Below are positions 63,074 to 64,000 of a DNA stretch of 64,000 nt, piece by piece. Made by a program: the position numbers and the translations under genes. The DNA is from Endomicrobiales bacterium. Its GTDB lineage: Bacteria; Elusimicrobiota; Endomicrobiia; Endomicrobiales; JAFGGC01. The stretch lies in assembly GCA_016930715.1 (NCBI GenBank), contig JAFGGC010000002.1, positions 126,059 to 190,058 of the forward strand, in the 5' to 3' direction. The notes beneath the pieces are model-generated. The model was not told the origin of the DNA and did not search any database. It worked only from the letters and a program-made list of their open reading frames with translations. Positions within the stretch are counted from its first letter, which is position 1, and each line of letters starts with the position of its first letter.

Positions 63074-63817
63074 ATGTTTAAAAGTATCTTAAAAGTATTC
63101 GTTTTATTGTGTGTATGTTCAGTCGTTTTAGTGGGATGTGGAGGTAGGGGAATGTATGTTGTACCGTTTAAAGACTATAAACTCTCACACGCAGAACTTG
63201 GCAAAGACAAAATAAAGAATATTGGTATTGCTATACAGTATGGTAGCAAAACGTCTCATAGGAATGTTAAATTTACACTTCTCGGTATAGATGAGTTGTT
63301 GATAAATCCGCTTACTTTTAAGCCTATAAAAAGATATACTGAAACAATCGAATTCAATGAGTTTTTTGATATCCCTTCTTATATAATGACTGAATTGAAA
63401 TCGCGGGGATATAATGTCAAAATGGTTGAAGTCCCGGGGTTTTCAATCCAAAGAGGTGAGAAAGTGGATGCGTTTTACAAAAACAACGACATCGATACGT
63501 TGATTCTGATTCATATAGGAGCGCAAATAAGCCGAGATTACTATGCATTTATCCCGGTTGGTGCTCCAAAAACAAAAGTTTTTATGGTTGGGATGTTGGT
63601 AACACATATGAAGGATGATTATTATCCACTATGGTCCTTTTTTCCTAAGCTTGATTTAATAAGCGATGATTATTCAGTTTATCCAGATTCTGGCTGGAAT
63701 AAAGGCCCGAAATATCCCAAAATAACTCTAGCTTTAAAACAATCATCCGATATATATAAAAATAGGATGATAAAAGACTTGCTTGAAAAACTGGATACGA
63801 TGGGTGTAAAAAAGTAA
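63074..63817 (+). CDS. Lipoprotein of unknown function (low-GC gene)
   Basis: Signal peptide with lipobox MFKSILKVFVLLCVCSVVLVGC. AAGGGAGG RBS. About 35-40% G+C by hand count of three 60-nt lines. Confidence 0.65.
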   Translation: MFKSILKVFVLLCVCSVVLVGCGGRGMYVVPFKDYKLSHAELGKDKIKNIGIAIQYGSKTSHRNVKFTLLGIDELLINPLTFKPIKRYTETIEFNEFFDIPSYIMTELKSRGYNVKMVEVPGFSIQRGEKVDAFYKNNDIDTLILIHIGAQISRDYYAFIPVGAPKTKVFMVGMLVTHMKDDYYPLWSFFPKLDLISDDYSVYPDSGWNKGPKYPKITLALKQSSDIYKNRMIKDLLEKLDTMGVKK

Positions 63818-63852
63818 GTCATAATATATATTCGAGCAAATTAAAAGTTTTC

Positions 63853-63893
63853 AAAAGAGGGACAGGCCCCGATTTTCACGGTCTACAACAAAT
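63853..63893 (+). repeat. 41-nt conserved leader, copy B (upstream of lipoprotein gene 2)
   Basis: AAAGAGGGACAGGCCCCGATTTTCACGGTCTACAACAAATT. In this copy the 3' end extends into the palindrome ACAACAA-A-TTGTTGT (63884-63898). Confidence 0.75.
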
Positions 63894-63934
63894 TGTTGTA
63901 AGGAGTCAATACTATAGAATTAAAGGAGAGGGAG

Positions 63935-64000
63935 ATGCGTTTAAAAGTCTTATTTTTTTTCGTGCTGTCTGTGCTGTTGTTTAACGGTTGTGCGAGTCTA
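63935..64000 (+). CDS. Second lipoprotein gene, 5' end only (runs off window)
   Basis: MRLKVLFFFVLSVLLFNGCASL is a signal peptide plus lipobox. AAGGAGAGGGAG RBS. Confidence 0.5.
   Translation, partial: MRLKVLFFFVLSVLLFNGCASL

Noticed and set aside
1-64000. A search for CRISPR arrays, rRNA/tRNA genes, transposases, integrases, phage genes, toxin-antitoxin pairs or known defence systems.
   Set aside because: None were recognised by eye in any intergenic spacer or ORF translation. The only repeat families found are the GATTACACA palindromes, the 41-nt lipoprotein leaders and the local hairpins reported above.

Overview
This is a gene-dense bacterial chromosomal window. I call about 58 protein genes, and all but one are on the + strand. 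G+C is roughly 50-55% by eye, apart from a sharp drop to about 35-40% after ~63.0 kb. I recognised no rRNA, tRNA, CRISPR array, transposase or integrase. All family assignments come from reading motifs in the supplied translations, not from any search.

Layout:
- (1) 0-6.4 kb: tail of an Omp85/BamA-type barrel, a flavodoxin-ferredoxin fusion, pta, tpiA, a PilZ protein, and rpiB-deoC-pilT.
- (2) 6.6-11.5 kb: a DnaA-like AAA+ protein that lacks the DnaA-box-binding domain, plus a multi-GAF sensor kinase.
- (3) 11.5-23.2 kb: split transketolase, deoB, two nucleoside phosphorylases, recJ, mtnP, a PfkB kinase, a 7TM-GAF kinase and cdd. Together with block 1 this looks like a nucleoside/DNA-to-central-carbon salvage supercluster.
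- (4) 23.2-31.4 kb: an Ig-domain::Na/Pi cotransporter, followed by a tightly coupled operon of uncharacterised proteins. These are an H-box-less GHKL ATPase, a CorA/RMD1-like membrane protein, a TM coiled-coil protein and a membrane protein with ten CxxC zinc knuckles. The operon ends in an ATP-cone nucleoside kinase.
- (5) 31.4-36.4 kb: a secreted cyclophilin::DJ-1 fusion (the only minus-strand gene), an orphan MalK-type ATPase, nfeD/SPFH and hemW.
- (6) 36.5-53.9 kb: a 17-gene envelope glycan/glycolipid island. It holds GT2, two GT9, GT4, a nucleotidyltransferase, two methyltransferases and two very large polytopic proteins, and it is unusually rich in radical SAM enzymes (three B12-type, one SPASM). 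It ends in a decayed GT2 pseudogene.
- (7) 54.3-59.1 kb: a textbook CIRCE-controlled hrcA-grpE-dnaK-dnaJ operon.
- (8) 59.2-62.9 kb: rsmE, an MtaB-like enzyme, a cysteine hydrolase and small proteins.
- (9) 63.0-64.0 kb: low-GC lipoprotein cassettes, each preceded by a repeated 41-nt leader.

Two copies of a ~105-120 bp palindromic intergenic element built from GATTACACA sub-repeats are present, at 34.3 kb and 36.4 kb.

The most novel-looking items are the rSAM-dense glycan island, the 25.3-31.4 kb operon of unknowns, and the domain-IV-less DnaA paralogue. The source organism looks like an uncultivated diderm anaerobe (Omp85, GT9, many rSAM/B12 enzymes). That lineage guess is inference only.
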